This document shows positions 25,807 to 37,317 of a DNA stretch of 64,000 nucleotides, piece after piece. Made by a program: the position numbers and the translations under genes. Location: positions 14,472-78,471 of the forward strand of contig NIVC01000512.1 of NCBI GenBank assembly GCA_002269645.1, read 5' to 3'. The stretch comes from Macrostomum lignano (Eukaryota). The notes under the pieces were generated by a model, which saw nothing but the letters and a program-made list of their open reading frames with translations, ran no database searches and was not told where the DNA came from. Within the stretch, counting starts at the first letter, position 1, and every line of letters begins with the position of its first letter.

Positions 25807-26014
25807 TTATGTGACCGTAGCATGAACTAGTTGTGCAGGAAATAATTCATGTATGATAGTCTCAGATGAATACTCATCAGAGCCAAGCAAAAGCTTTAAG
25901 TTTGAAAACGAGGGGAGGCTGGTATTAAAGCAAGTTGACTTTGACAACGCGGGATTTATGAGTGACTAAGCACATTTGATTTGTAAAAAACTGCTTCGAG
26001 TATTACTCATCGCA

Positions 26015-26400
26015 TCAATAGATATTGCCCTAGCTCCACGAAAGTATTAAATTGCTAAGCTGCTGAAGTTATTGCTAAAATGAGGGCTGAGTTGTTGTTG
26101 TAAAAAACTGCCGATATGTATCGAAAATCGGTTAGTTAACCGTAATAAATGCTGAGTAAAAAATAGATTCTTGAAAGGATCCTTTATTTCAGTTTGCTGT
26201 GGATACTGAGGAGCCGGCCGAGAAGAGAACTGAAGACTGCTGAGGGGAACTGTAGATTGTCGAAACTATCATTCATGCAACTGCAAAGGGGACAAACTGC
26301 AAACTGCTGAGGTAGTTCCTCCAGACCATATAGATCATATCGTTTGGAGGATCATATCATAGAATGTAAAGATGTGAGATGTGCAGAAAGAGTTCCTCGC
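26015..26400 (-). mobile_element. Candidate 5' LTR of the Gypsy element
   Basis: Upstream of gag on the - strand: AATAAA (about 26185) in a pyrimidine-rich R-like stretch, then a degenerate PBS-like TGCGATGAG near 26010. No second copy in the window, so boundaries are approximate. Confidence 0.35.
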
Positions 26401-27829
26401 CTCCAGACCAAATTTCTGGAGGCAACTAAATGCTTCTAAGGATTAAGTGCAGGTTGTTGATTACATGGGAGATTCTCATGGGAGAATTTCTGAGATTTCA
26501 AGCCCCAGGGGGAATTGCTATAATGATGTGACTACTGGAATGCTGTGGCTGTTGGAGGAATTGTTAGGGTAGGGGTAAGGGTTAAACCATAAAAGAATTG
26601 GCCTGACAAACATGCATGTAATAGACTCATTTGGAAATTGCTAAGATCATAAGATGTCAAGGCTCATGGGAGGATATCTGAAAAGATATCCCATGTGGCT
26701 CACGGCTCATGGTAAATTGCCTGTGTGAAAGCTCATGTGGTGATCACTGTAACGATGTTAGCTGTGGCTCTTGCGTTATGGTTGAGACGCTAAGACTCAC
26801 GAGGGAATAGCTGAGATTTCAAAGGCTCATAAGGGAATTGCTGGAATTATTGGGCAGAGAAAAAATTCACTAAATATCAAGGTTCATAATTGGTTCATGC
26901 TGTGCCTCATGGGGGAGCTGAAATTCTGTGACTCGACAGGGTTGGGGTTCATCCATAAGACTCATGTGGAATTGCCAAGACATCAAAAGGTAAGTCGCTA
27001 GATTTTCAGGCTCATATGGAATGCTCATAGGGGAATTTATAATTTTTTGGGCTGAGGGGATTGCTGAAATGCTGTAACTCGGCTGCGGGTTAAGGGTTAG
27101 GGTTCAACCATACAACACTCGTCGTGTCAACCAAAAATTACTCTAATTGCTAAGATGTCAAGGGTCATGTGGCAAATTACTGCCGGGGCTGCTGCCCCCA
27201 GGAAATTCGGGTCCTGCACGCAATGGCGTGGTGAACTATCTGTGCAGTATGAGACTGGTATGGCCCTTATCCCAGCCAGCGATGCTCACACCTGCCTCCA
27301 CTGGCGGGCCGATGGCTCAAGAGACTCTGTCTCCTGCTTTTCACCTTGCAAGACGCACTTCGAAGGGTACTCGTCCCGTGGGTGTTAAGGCAGGCCTTCT
27401 TGGGCCTTGGGCCTACGTCTGTGCGCCCCCCCCCACCGCGTGTGTACGTTCTGTTTTGTGTTGGTTAGGTGCGCGCCAAGCGATCCACTGGCGGGGTGCA
27501 TTTTATTGCAACCGCGCTGCTGAGCAGGCAGTGTTTTTGCGCAGTTCTTTTTTTCGGCAGAAGAAAGAGAAGAGGGGAGAGAAGACAAAAGAGAGAATTT
27601 AGAGAGAGAGCTTGAGAAAGAGACACCAACTTTGAGCGGACGGGATTCATATTGTAAAGTGTCGAAATACCTGAGGGCTGGATAGAGAGGCTGCGCGTGG
27701 CAGGAGGTTCTGTTCGCGAATAGTGTACGCGAATCTATATATCCGCTTGAAGAAAAAATAATAAAGCCAGAAAAAAAATTTCGAGATTGCATTGCACCAT
27801 TTTCTAGATTCCCGACTGCCGCAGACTCC

Positions 27830-29329
27830 ATGGGAGGCTTCGTTTCTAAACAAAAGTCAGCCGAATTCAAATGCCTTTCTAACGTGCTGAAGCTCGTGAA
27901 ATGCCTGAAGAATGAAGAATTGTGGCGCTCGATTCAATCGGTGGACACGGAGACGAAAAAGATCAATCCAAAAGATTTTAAAGTTAAGGAAATCCTTCCA
28001 TTCGTAGACCTTATTTGTCTTGCCCAGACGACATGCAAAAAGCTGTTCGAACTTCGAATAGTTGCCGAACGGAAGGACAGAGCGCTCCACAAAGAAGCAA
28101 AAGATCTCTGTTCAGGTGTAAATAAAAAGGCTTCACAGCTCAAATTCTGCGGCAAGAAGCTGGCTCCGATCCTGGATGAACTCGTCAAGGTTTGTCTTAA
28201 GATTCGTGACTCTATCGGTGACTTGGATTCTCGCCTCCAGAACTCAAAGGTAAGCGAGGACGAACTGAGAAAGCTGCGTGCTTCCACCGGGCAGGCAGGC
28301 AGGGAAGCATCTGAGATCGATAGTCCTATCCGCAGCATTCGTCAGATGGTCGGCTACTTCAAAAAGATACCACCGAGAACGCTTGATGATGCCAGGTGTG
28401 TGGACTTCGGAAGCAAGCGAATTGCCGGGCTGTACCAGGATTTGATCGTACGAAGGTCGAAGAGGACAACCAATATGTGGAATAAGAAGTGTGGCATCTG
28501 TTCTGGTTGGGGTCAAGAGAGTCAAGGAGATCAAGAGAGTCAAGGAGGTCAAGAGAGTCAAGTGGGTCAAGAGAGTCAAGAGAACCAACTGTCAGCGGCT
28601 CGACCTTCGATTCACTCTGTCGGAACCTGCTTCATGTGCGAGGCCTGCGCCCTGGCGACTCTGAAGTCCTCCAACACAGACTATTTTCGAGATCGGACAC
28701 AAGCTATCCAGAAAGAAATCAAGCGGCTTACAAAAAAGTCTCCAAAATACGGGTACAAGGACAAGCTATCTGCGCTGACAACTGTGGCCGAGAGAGTGCC
28801 GCTGCTACCAAGCACCACTCTTAAATCGAACACTCTCGTCAAGAAGGTGAAGAAGAGCTTGAAGAAACTACGGAAAGCAAAAAACGAAAAGAATAAGCAA
28901 GTAATTCTATCAGAGATATGCAGCAGCTTGGTCAGGCTGTCGGAGGCAATGGGAAATTTCCGGGACGGACTCGAAACATTTGTAGGCGAGGCGAAGAAGT
29001 TGGTAAACGAAATAAACGGAGATGCCCGTATCAGGCAGGCCAAGGTTGAAACAAATCGAAAACTGCAGGTTAAATGTATTAAAGCAGGAACTTCATATGC
29101 AAGTTCCAAAGCGGATGCGGCACTGTCTCTCTCACGTCAGAACCAGTACCCGGATAATTCAGAAGCGCTGAAGCTCTCCACTCAGAAAGCTGAAGTGTCT
29201 GAGGACGCCCGGAACCAGCTGACAGGTTTGGTGGACTCCGTCAGGTCTCTGGCCGACAGCGCAGTCGAGCTCTGCGAAGCTGTGAAGATAATGATCGTAG
29301 AGTACAGAGCTTTGGAAAATGAGTCATAG
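27830..29329 (+). CDS. Uncharacterised intronless 499-aa protein, copy 2 (paralogue of 20990-22414)
   Basis: Uninterrupted ORF; differs from copy 1 by about 26 amino-acid changes and in-frame insertions of 18, 6 and 1 codons; AATAAA at 30484-30489. Confidence 0.78.
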   Translation: MGGFVSKQKSAEFKCLSNVLKLVKCLKNEELWRSIQSVDTETKKINPKDFKVKEILPFVDLICLAQTTCKKLFELRIVAERKDRALHKEAKDLCSGVNKKASQLKFCGKKLAPILDELVKVCLKIRDSIGDLDSRLQNSKVSEDELRKLRASTGQAGREASEIDSPIRSIRQMVGYFKKIPPRTLDDARCVDFGSKRIAGLYQDLIVRRSKRTTNMWNKKCGICSGWGQESQGDQESQGGQESQVGQESQENQLSAARPSIHSVGTCFMCEACALATLKSSNTDYFRDRTQAIQKEIKRLTKKSPKYGYKDKLSALTTVAERVPLLPSTTLKSNTLVKKVKKSLKKLRKAKNEKNKQVILSEICSSLVRLSEAMGNFRDGLETFVGEAKKLVNEINGDARIRQAKVETNRKLQVKCIKAGTSYASSKADAALSLSRQNQYPDNSEALKLSTQKAEVSEDARNQLTGLVDSVRSLADSAVELCEAVKIMIVEYRALENES

Positions 29330-30477
29330 GTGTGAACATATTGATCGTAGAGTACAGAACTCTGGACAATGAGTCATAGCTGTGAACATGATGATCGTAG
29401 AGTACAGAGCTTTGGATAATGAGTCATAGGTGTGAACATAATGATCGTAGAGTACAGAGCTGTGTACAATGAATCATATGTGTGAACATAATGATCATAG
29501 AGTACAGAGCTTTGGACAATGAGTCATAGGTGTGAACATGATGATCGTAGAGTACAGAGCTTTGGACAATGAATCATAGGTGTGAACATGATGATCGTAG
29601 AGTACAGAGCTGTGTACAATGAATCATATGTGTGAACATAATGATCGTAGAGTACAGAGCTTTGGACAATGAGTCATAGGTGTGAACATAATGATCGTAG
29701 AGTACAGAGCTTTGGACAATGAGTCATAGGTGTGAACATAATGATCGTAGAGTACAGAGCTTTGGACAATGAGTCATAGCTGTGAACATAATGATCGTAG
29801 AGTACAGAGCTTTGGACAATGAGTCATAGGTGTGAACATAATGATCGTAGAGTACAGAGCTTTGGACAATGAGTCATAGGTGTGAACATGATGATCGTAG
29901 AGTACAGAGCTTTGGATAATGAGTCATAGGTGTGAACATAATGATCGTAGAGTACAGAGCTGTGTACAATGAATCATATGTGTGAACATAATGATCATAG
30001 AGTACAGAGCTGTGTACAATGAATCATATGTGTGAACATGATGATCGTAGAGTACAGAGCTTTGGACAATGAGTCATAGGTGTGAACATGATGATCGTAG
30101 AGTACAGAGCTGTGTACAATGAATCATATGTGTGAACATAATGATCGTAGAGTACAGAGCTTTGGACAATGAGTCATAGGTGTGAACATAATGATCGTAG
30201 AGTACAGAGCTGTGGACAATGAGTCATAGGTGTGAACATAATGATCGTAGAGTACAGAGCTTTGGACAATGAGTCATAGGTGTGAACATAATGATCGTAG
30301 AGTACAGAACTCTGGACAATGAGTCAAAGGTGTGAACATAATGATCGTAGAGTACAGAGCTCTGGACAATGAGTCATAGCTGTGAACATAATGATCATAG
30401 AGTACAGAGCTGTGGACAATGACTCATATTGTGAACATATTGATCATAGAGTACAGAGCTGTGGACAATGAGTCATT
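29283..30477 (+). repeat. 50-bp array made of the ORF's last 13 codons plus stop (about 24 units), copy 2
   Basis: Same unit as 22367-22812, plus a variant unit GCTGTGTACAATGAATCATATG. Confidence 0.95.
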
Positions 30478-31007
30478 GGTAGAAATAAAGTTTGCTTAGA
30501 CGCGTATTGATTTTATGTTTGGTTAAAAAAACAAAACAATTTGATTTGATTATCACAATTGTCACGTTTGATTATCACAAAAATAGTTTTTTAAGCAAGG
30601 TTTATATCTCTCTTTCTAGTATTTATCATTCTTAAAATCGCATAACTGCATGTTTATCCCAGACAAAAGTAAAATCCTAGTAGCTTAAACCCAATTTGTC
30701 GATTTGTTAGTATTTAATAGTTTAGAGTTAGACTTTAGACTTTGTCAGTTATCGTCTAACATACCGTTTTCGAAGTTTTCGCAGTTTGTTTTCGTAATTT
30801 TTTATTTATTTCGTCATTATTCATGTAAATTTGGTAATTTTTGTTTCGTTGTGTTTGAAATTTTGTTTAGAGATGAAGTTTTTTTGTATCTAAAAAAGAA
30901 ATGAAGTCTTTTTAAATACATATTAAATGTGTTGTGATTAGACGTCTTACTACTGTTTTCATTTAAAGTCTAGACATTGCAGGGGATTTAAGATTTCAAA
31001 TTAAGGT

Positions 31008-31218
31008 CAAATTGTTGCGGTTAAATTGTTGCAGTCACATTGTGCCGGTCAAATTGTGGCGGTCAAATTGAGGTGGTCAAATTGTGGCGGTCAGTTTGTG
31101 GCGGTCAAATTGTGGCGGTCAGTTTGTGGCAGTCAATTTGTGGCGGTCGAATTGTGGCGGTCAGTTTATGGCGGTCAATTTGTGGCAGTCAATTTGTGGC
31201 GGTCGAATTGTGGCGGTC
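31008..31218. repeat. About 14-bp minisatellite (GTGGCGGTCAAATT); shorter homologue at 23337-23402
   Basis: Marks the right end of the duplicated segment. Confidence 0.85.
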
Positions 31219-32378
31219 TATTCTCGGTTTCCCTGACCCGAGAGGAATTGAGCCCAATCAGGTTCATGCGAGGGGGAGGGCGGGGACAGCGGCGCGGGAT
31301 TTCCGGCAGTCAGGGCGTTAGCGACGTCTCCCTATGCTCAGATGCAATCCACTGGTTGATCTGAGTGGTGACAACGGCGGTGGGAGCAGGGGGGGGGGCA
31401 CAGGCAGGGGACCAGAAAAAGACCCGGTCGAGCCGATTACCTTGGCCAGGCGATCGGCCAACTCAACAGGTGAGGAAAGGCGCGCATTTGGCTGACGCCG
31501 GCGTCGCGGATTTGGTCTGCGAGGTGGCCTGCTTTTGCGCCAAAGCCCCGTGACGCAGCTTCCGTTGTAAGACCTACTGACAGCGTATATTATTGCTTGC
31601 GGCTGTTCAGAAGACAACAATAGTCAATTTTTTAGTTCCTAAAAACTGACGCTTGCTTACTCGCTAAAGATTTTTTAGCGAAAAGCTTCATGCTGGGAAT
31701 GAAGTCTAGACTCATCAAGAACCAATAGAATTAACCGTTGCATCAGGCCATATAGTGTAACAAGCTCTGAGCAGTCGAGCACAGCGAGTCGAGAAATGAA
31801 TAGCAAAAAGCGAGCGTGAAACGAAAATTATTACCATTTTCCCGGTTTATTTTTGTCTCTGTTGTCACCAATGAGTTTGAAATTTTGGTGATCAGGGTTG
31901 TACCTTATAATCAGAATACATTTTACAAGCGGCCTTATTTTCAGAGGGATTGCCTCTGGATGGAAAGGTCATTTGGCGTAAATGCTAAAAATAGACCCAA
32001 GAGTGTTCGCTGTCCCAGTGCCTTACCCACCCAGCTCCTTACCCACCCAGCGCCCACCCCCGCACGGCTGTCATTGCTATTTTTAGCTACTAGGTTGTAC
32101 CCTCTGGGCTTGGCTTGGAAAATCCAAGCAGATTTCAAACTGCTGAGGGAATTCCTTGGCTGAACCGTCGATATAGGCGTCATCAGTATGTTCTCAGATA
32201 GGCAGTTAAAGCATGGGCGACGCCACGGTACTACCGTGTGCCATAGAAATGAGCTTAGTAGTATTTAAAGCCTCGGCTACAAGGTGCTGCCCTGTTCTCA
32301 GCATGCGGCAAAAGCAGAATCTTCCAACAACAAGGTAGCACTCTGATATCTTGTTCAATCAATAGCCGTCCTGGTTGA

Positions 32379-34187
32379 ATGGATCAAGCTGGTGAGTCGT
32401 TGTTATCTTCAGTTGTTTATGAAGTACGTGGTCAGGAGCGCAAGGCTCATGATTGGATAGTTATTAACACTAGCTCATAAGATGATTGCGAGGCTTTAAA
32501 GCGGGTCCTTAGAGATAAAAGCCCGAGGTTCAAACTATAACTTCTGAAAAGTGTGTATTGTTTCTCCTTAAGGTCAGTTTAGGTCAGTTTAAGCTCCTTA
32601 ATTGATACTTAAGAAGTTAGCAAACTGATTTGGCAGGAATACTGTACAAGCGTAGTTCATCAGAAATGTTATTGTATTAGTCGGCTCAGTGTCGGACACT
32701 GAGCGAAGTCGAAAATATTGACGAAAAAATTACCGAAAACGAACTAGCCGATGATTAGTTTTACGAGTACAACGCTTAGTTAATAACTGGACGCGCGTTA
32801 AGAACTGTTAACGCTGAAGAGTGCTGCTTGGAATTATCCATTTGATTGGCTGATGGTCGATTGTCGATGGTGTAGTTCTGTTTGAAGTTAAGTTAGAAAT
32901 CCCCATTGACTGCAGCAGCATGCAGCCACTTCAAATAAGCATCCTTAGTGATCTTGTACCCAGCTTTGGAGCGCACCATGTACGACCTATACAAATTGAA
33001 CGCCAATCCTCCTAAGCTCCTTTCGTGTTTCTATTTTTAGATCAGCGTAAAACCTTCACGCAGTTTAGTGACGTGACCCCTTTGTTTGACTCGACACCGT
33101 CCGGGGATGATGAATTTCAAAAGCTGATGAGCGAACTCTTTACTGAGCCGGGTGTCGAAGTGGAAATGATGGTACGATAAAACGACTCATTTGAATAGAC
33201 GTTCATTATTCATATACCACTTTCTTGACTTTCATCAACCAATTTTAAACTCGAACAAACAAATTTCAGAGTATTGAGGGCGATTATCCCCAGCTAGTAA
33301 CTATGAAGCGCCAGGTAGCGCAGTCAGACGCTCTGGGTGACGCATTGGCTTTTGTCGAAACGGAACCCGATCCGTCTACCTCTACTTCTCCGGAATGCCC
33401 TCCGGTAATCACAGAATCGGCAGCCGTTCAAATGACAGCCCAGCAGGAGGACTCGACAAAAGAAGAGTGCAAAAATTCCTGGCTAGAGAACCAGGAGCAA
33501 CAACCATCGACAACGTCAACGACAGCTGAGACGTCTTCAGAACGTTTCCACGATGTTGAAGTTAAAGTGGAGTACATGAAAGAGTGCTTGGGTAAGTTTG
33601 GGCGTTACAAGTTCACTTCTGTCTGCAACTCTGACCTAAATAATTGTAAAGCCCCTATTATTCACTCATGCGCACACTTGCATTTCAATTACAGCTCGCT
33701 ATGACAAAGAAGTCAAGGAAAATTCTTCTAATGGAAAGCTTCAGGTGCATCAGGTAGTCCTCTTTATATTGCTATCAACAGAGCATCACAGTGAGATGAG
33801 GTACCACCTTGACAACATTCTGGTATTCTGCGACAAAAACGGGAAGCCAAGCAACAGAAGAACGAATCATTTCCTGGCTAAAGACACGAAAACAATGGGT
33901 ACTGTGTGGCAGATTGTGAAGGAAAATAGGAGAAGCACGTATGACACGTTTGCTCGTGCGATGAGGTGCGTATTACAGTGAATTACCAGATTGTTCCTGC
34001 CACTTAAGTCTCTCGTGTTCGCATAAGCCTACTTTCTTCGCATTGCAGAGTTGGTCGCGAGAAACACAAGGACTATTTTGAGTACCTGGACACCGGTAAA
34101 GGATCAAAAAAACGAGTTTATAAGCTCGGTTCCAAGGGTCTGGCAGATATGAAGAAAATGGAAAGCATGCTGCCCAAAATCTGCTGA
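32379..34187 (+). CDS. Divergent ETS-domain (winged-helix) transcription factor-like protein, about 291 aa, 5 exons
   Basis: Exons 32379-32391, 33041-33171, 33270-33591, 33695-33965, 34049-34187 splice in frame with GT-AG. NGKLQVHQVVLFILL resembles ETS helix 1 (GQIQLWQFLLELL). WQIVKENRRSTYDTFARAMR has the same W/K/Y/R/R spacing as ETS1 [26 protein letters not shown] resembles the wing strand KRYVYRF. Acidic S/T-rich N-terminal half. The first exon is the least certain. Confidence 0.65.
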
Positions 34188-34994
34188 ACTTAAATTACAC
34201 CACCCTGCTTGATTTCGATCTTTTGATGTGCACTTTTGGTGATGGAACTAAAATGTCCTAAACTTGAAGGAAATACGAAAAAGGTATAAAAAATTACATA
34301 TTTTTTTACATTTTGCATCCCTTTTTTGTTTTATCTGTTTTATTGTTATCGGCGTGTGTAACCCGAGTACGAGCGTGTATTCCAGCTCCTTGTCTCTGTC
34401 CTATGCATTATGAGTTAAACTGCGTCTATGCATGAAAATTGATTATTTTAATGTAGATTTCTATCACTCAGTTACAATTCACGCATACTACTCGTACTTG
34501 TGCATAGCACAGATCATCTCGTTGGTTTTTACAGAAATGTTTGGTACAATTTCCCCTTTGCTGAAAATATTTTATAAACTTTCTAAGTATGTAAAAATTA
34601 TATTGAAAAAGCGCCACTTTCGAACAAATTTATCTTTAATTAAGTCATAACAAAGACTAGCACGTATCTAAAATCCATTTATAGTATAATTTTTTAAAAT
34701 AATCTGTCAACTTGATCTACTGATGTGCGAAAATTCCTGTATGTACGCCGTGCCAGCTGCAAAGCAATCAGTATGGCAATTCTTCGGCAATAGGTCAACG
34801 CTACATAGCTACCAATAGCTACAATAGCTTTTGTAAATGTACAATAAAGCTCTATCTTTTGTTGCTAATAAGTAAAGATTATAATATTTCAATGGCAAAT
34901 AAGGTAAGGTATATTTTATAATTAAGTCCTTATTAGACTGCATAGAAGCTTAGGCACACAATAACACAAAAGGAATACATACACAATATCAGAT

Positions 34995-35260
34995 GCGTGT
35001 TGCATATGCGTGTACAAAGGCGGGAGTCACCGACAAAGTGCTCCACTTCTCAACACCGGAGACACAGAAAGGGCATTTCTCACTGCGGATTTCTCCTGAG
35101 GATGACAATGCCTGGCAAAACAGCCATGCTCTGAGAGGGCCATAGTCACCGCCCTGATGTCCCCTGCGGTGAGTCCGAGCAAGGCCCCGCGGAGGGCGCC
35201 GGCAGCCGGGGACCTTAAACCAAGAAAATGCAGTCTGAGGTCACGAAGTCTTTGGGCACC
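34995..35260 (-). mobile_element. Fragment of an I/Loa-like non-LTR retrotransposon ORF2 C-terminus
   Basis: LLGLTAGDIRAVTMALSEHGCFARH...EKCPFCVSGVE (across frameshifts) resembles the post-RNase H LTGH...CxxC...H zinc-knuckle region of I/Loa-clade elements. Confidence 0.5.
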
Positions 35261-36590
35261 ACTTGATTTATTTAAATAGCGCTTAAGGTACATGTACGCT
35301 AGATGATAATTCGTTTCGCTAAAAGTTTTTTTGGGTGTTAATTTCACGTAGAGCTAAAATAATCAAGCGCACTGGCTATAGTCGGCAAGGGAGCTGGTCG
35401 GGATTTGAGTAATTCGGGCTTACAGTTGGGAACCACCGGTATTGGAATTTAAGATCCGGGTGCTGAGAGTTGGCATTCCCACCAGTCTGGGTTATGAGTA
35501 TTCCACTCTATACTCTGGCCATGGGCGAATTCCACACGAGTGTGGCAAGGGCTTGACGAGCACAGACTCTTTTATAGACTCTCATGAGACAGCGGGTGGG
35601 AGAGGATTGAGTTACACCCCCGGTGGAAAAGGTTAGCTAAGCTAGTACAACGGGTGGTAACTATAACCTCATTTAAATAAATAAAAAGTAAAATAAAAAA
35701 GGCGGGGCCAGCCTGCGTTTACATTAAGTGGAACATTACTTTTCATACAGGAAAAGAATGACGCATTTACACTGTACACTACGCAGAAAACGGTTTCATT
35801 CGGGTGTACATGTACGTACGTAGGCCTGACCTACCACACTGTACGTGTTGCGCTTCAATCTCGCTGCTCCTTTCTTCAAATCTTGTATCTGTGACTATTT
35901 CGTCGGGGCGGTAGCATCTTATCGGTACTTGCTAAATATATTCGGCACATTTATTTACCTGTCGCCGTCAGTACCGAACTCGGACAAAAGGTCCTGTCAC
36001 AGCTAGCATTATCATTCCGTCAGGTTGATGAGTATTTGCGGAATTGAATTTACTGCATTTATCTCAATAAAAACATTTACGGATTAACTTTAATGTTTGT
36101 ATCCTAGAGTAGATTAAATACACGTCTAAAAATCACTTCAGAACTAATAATTAACGCAATTAACGGACTCTTTATCAACTATTTAAGTACAACTTTAATA
36201 ATAAAAATCATATCTACTTCACCAAATAATGTCAGGCTATCCGAATGGTATCTATTCTTATTCCTTACGACACAGTTATCTAGGTAATTTTTTTCAATTT
36301 GTTTGTCTGCTCATTCAAACTCGAAAACTAATTGAAAAGTTAGCATTTCTATGAAAGCAGTTCAATCCTGGCAACTGGCATCATCATTTTCGTTTCTTGA
36401 TTGAGACTAATGCCATTTTCATTCATTTTTTATCTCCGTATCCAGCCGAAAATGGTATTACTGATGTTGTCTATTGTTCTTGTTCTGAACTGTTCTCTAC
36501 AGCAAAAAGACAAAAAATAAATATTTAAAACATTCTTAAAAGTCACAGCTAACTCGTACTGCTTTATAGTTCTTTCTTGAACATATTAAT

Positions 36591-36784
36591 GGGCCGTATG
36601 CAGAAAGCTCTGTCTAGGGTAGTCTGGTCTTGAAAAGCTAGTCTGGACTTGGATTTGGTATGCAGAAACACAAAGTTAGACCAGTCTACTATAGACAGAA
36701 CAAAGGTAGCTAGACCATAGACTATAGACTGAACTACCCAAGTCCGGACTAGCTAGTCTGGACTAGGCTTTCTGCATACGGCCC
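36591..36784. mobile_element. MITE, 194 bp, PIF/Harbinger-like
   Basis: Perfect 18-bp terminal inverted repeats GGGCCGTATGCAGAAAGC / GCTTTCTGCATACGGCCC flanked by a 3-bp direct repeat AAT (36588-36590 and 36785-36787). Confidence 0.85.
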
Positions 36785-37317
36785 AATGTCTGCTGATTAG
36801 TTTAAAAAATACTAGCTATATACTGGAAAAGATAATAATTTTCTTTGAATTTCTATTTTTAGAGCCTAAAACTGTAATTAGAATGGTTACAATAATATTA
36901 TTAATATTAACAATGAAAAGGGTGTTGAAAAATCTCAGATGCGGTGATACTTACCCAAGGAAAAAATATAGATTTATATAATACTTATAAATGTACTCTA
37001 TATCCAATTATTATTGACAAGGATAGAAAAATTTATAGTAAAATTCTTTAGGATAAATTAATGAGACTATTAATAATTATTTAATTGTTTTAACTATTTA
37101 AACAGTGAAAAATAATTGTCCCTGCTTTTTTAGTTGTCTTTTTATAAAGAACACTTTTTTAATTTTTATAAATAAAACATTCATTTAAAAACAGACATCT
37201 AAAATTAATATCATATTAAATATTTCCTTTTTTATAGTTTTTAGGAATTTTTTTATTTTCATTTTAAGATTTATTGACTCCATTTGTATATCCCACAGCA
37301 ACTAGACCAACTCTGCA

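Noticed and set aside
26560-27105. GGGTTAGGG-like motifs (26565, 27085) as interstitial telomere
   Set aside because: Only 2-3 degenerate units each, embedded in a decayed GGCTCATG repeat.
22367-30477. Regular repeat arrays as possible CRISPR
   Set aside because: Units are contiguous with no unique spacers, the context is eukaryotic, and there are no cas genes.
35645-35665. CGGGTGGTAACTATAAC resembles the LSU rRNA I-CeuI/R2 target region
   Set aside because: Only about 12 bp match, with no surrounding rRNA sequence; the nearby A-rich tail may be a retroelement 3' end, but I cannot support that.
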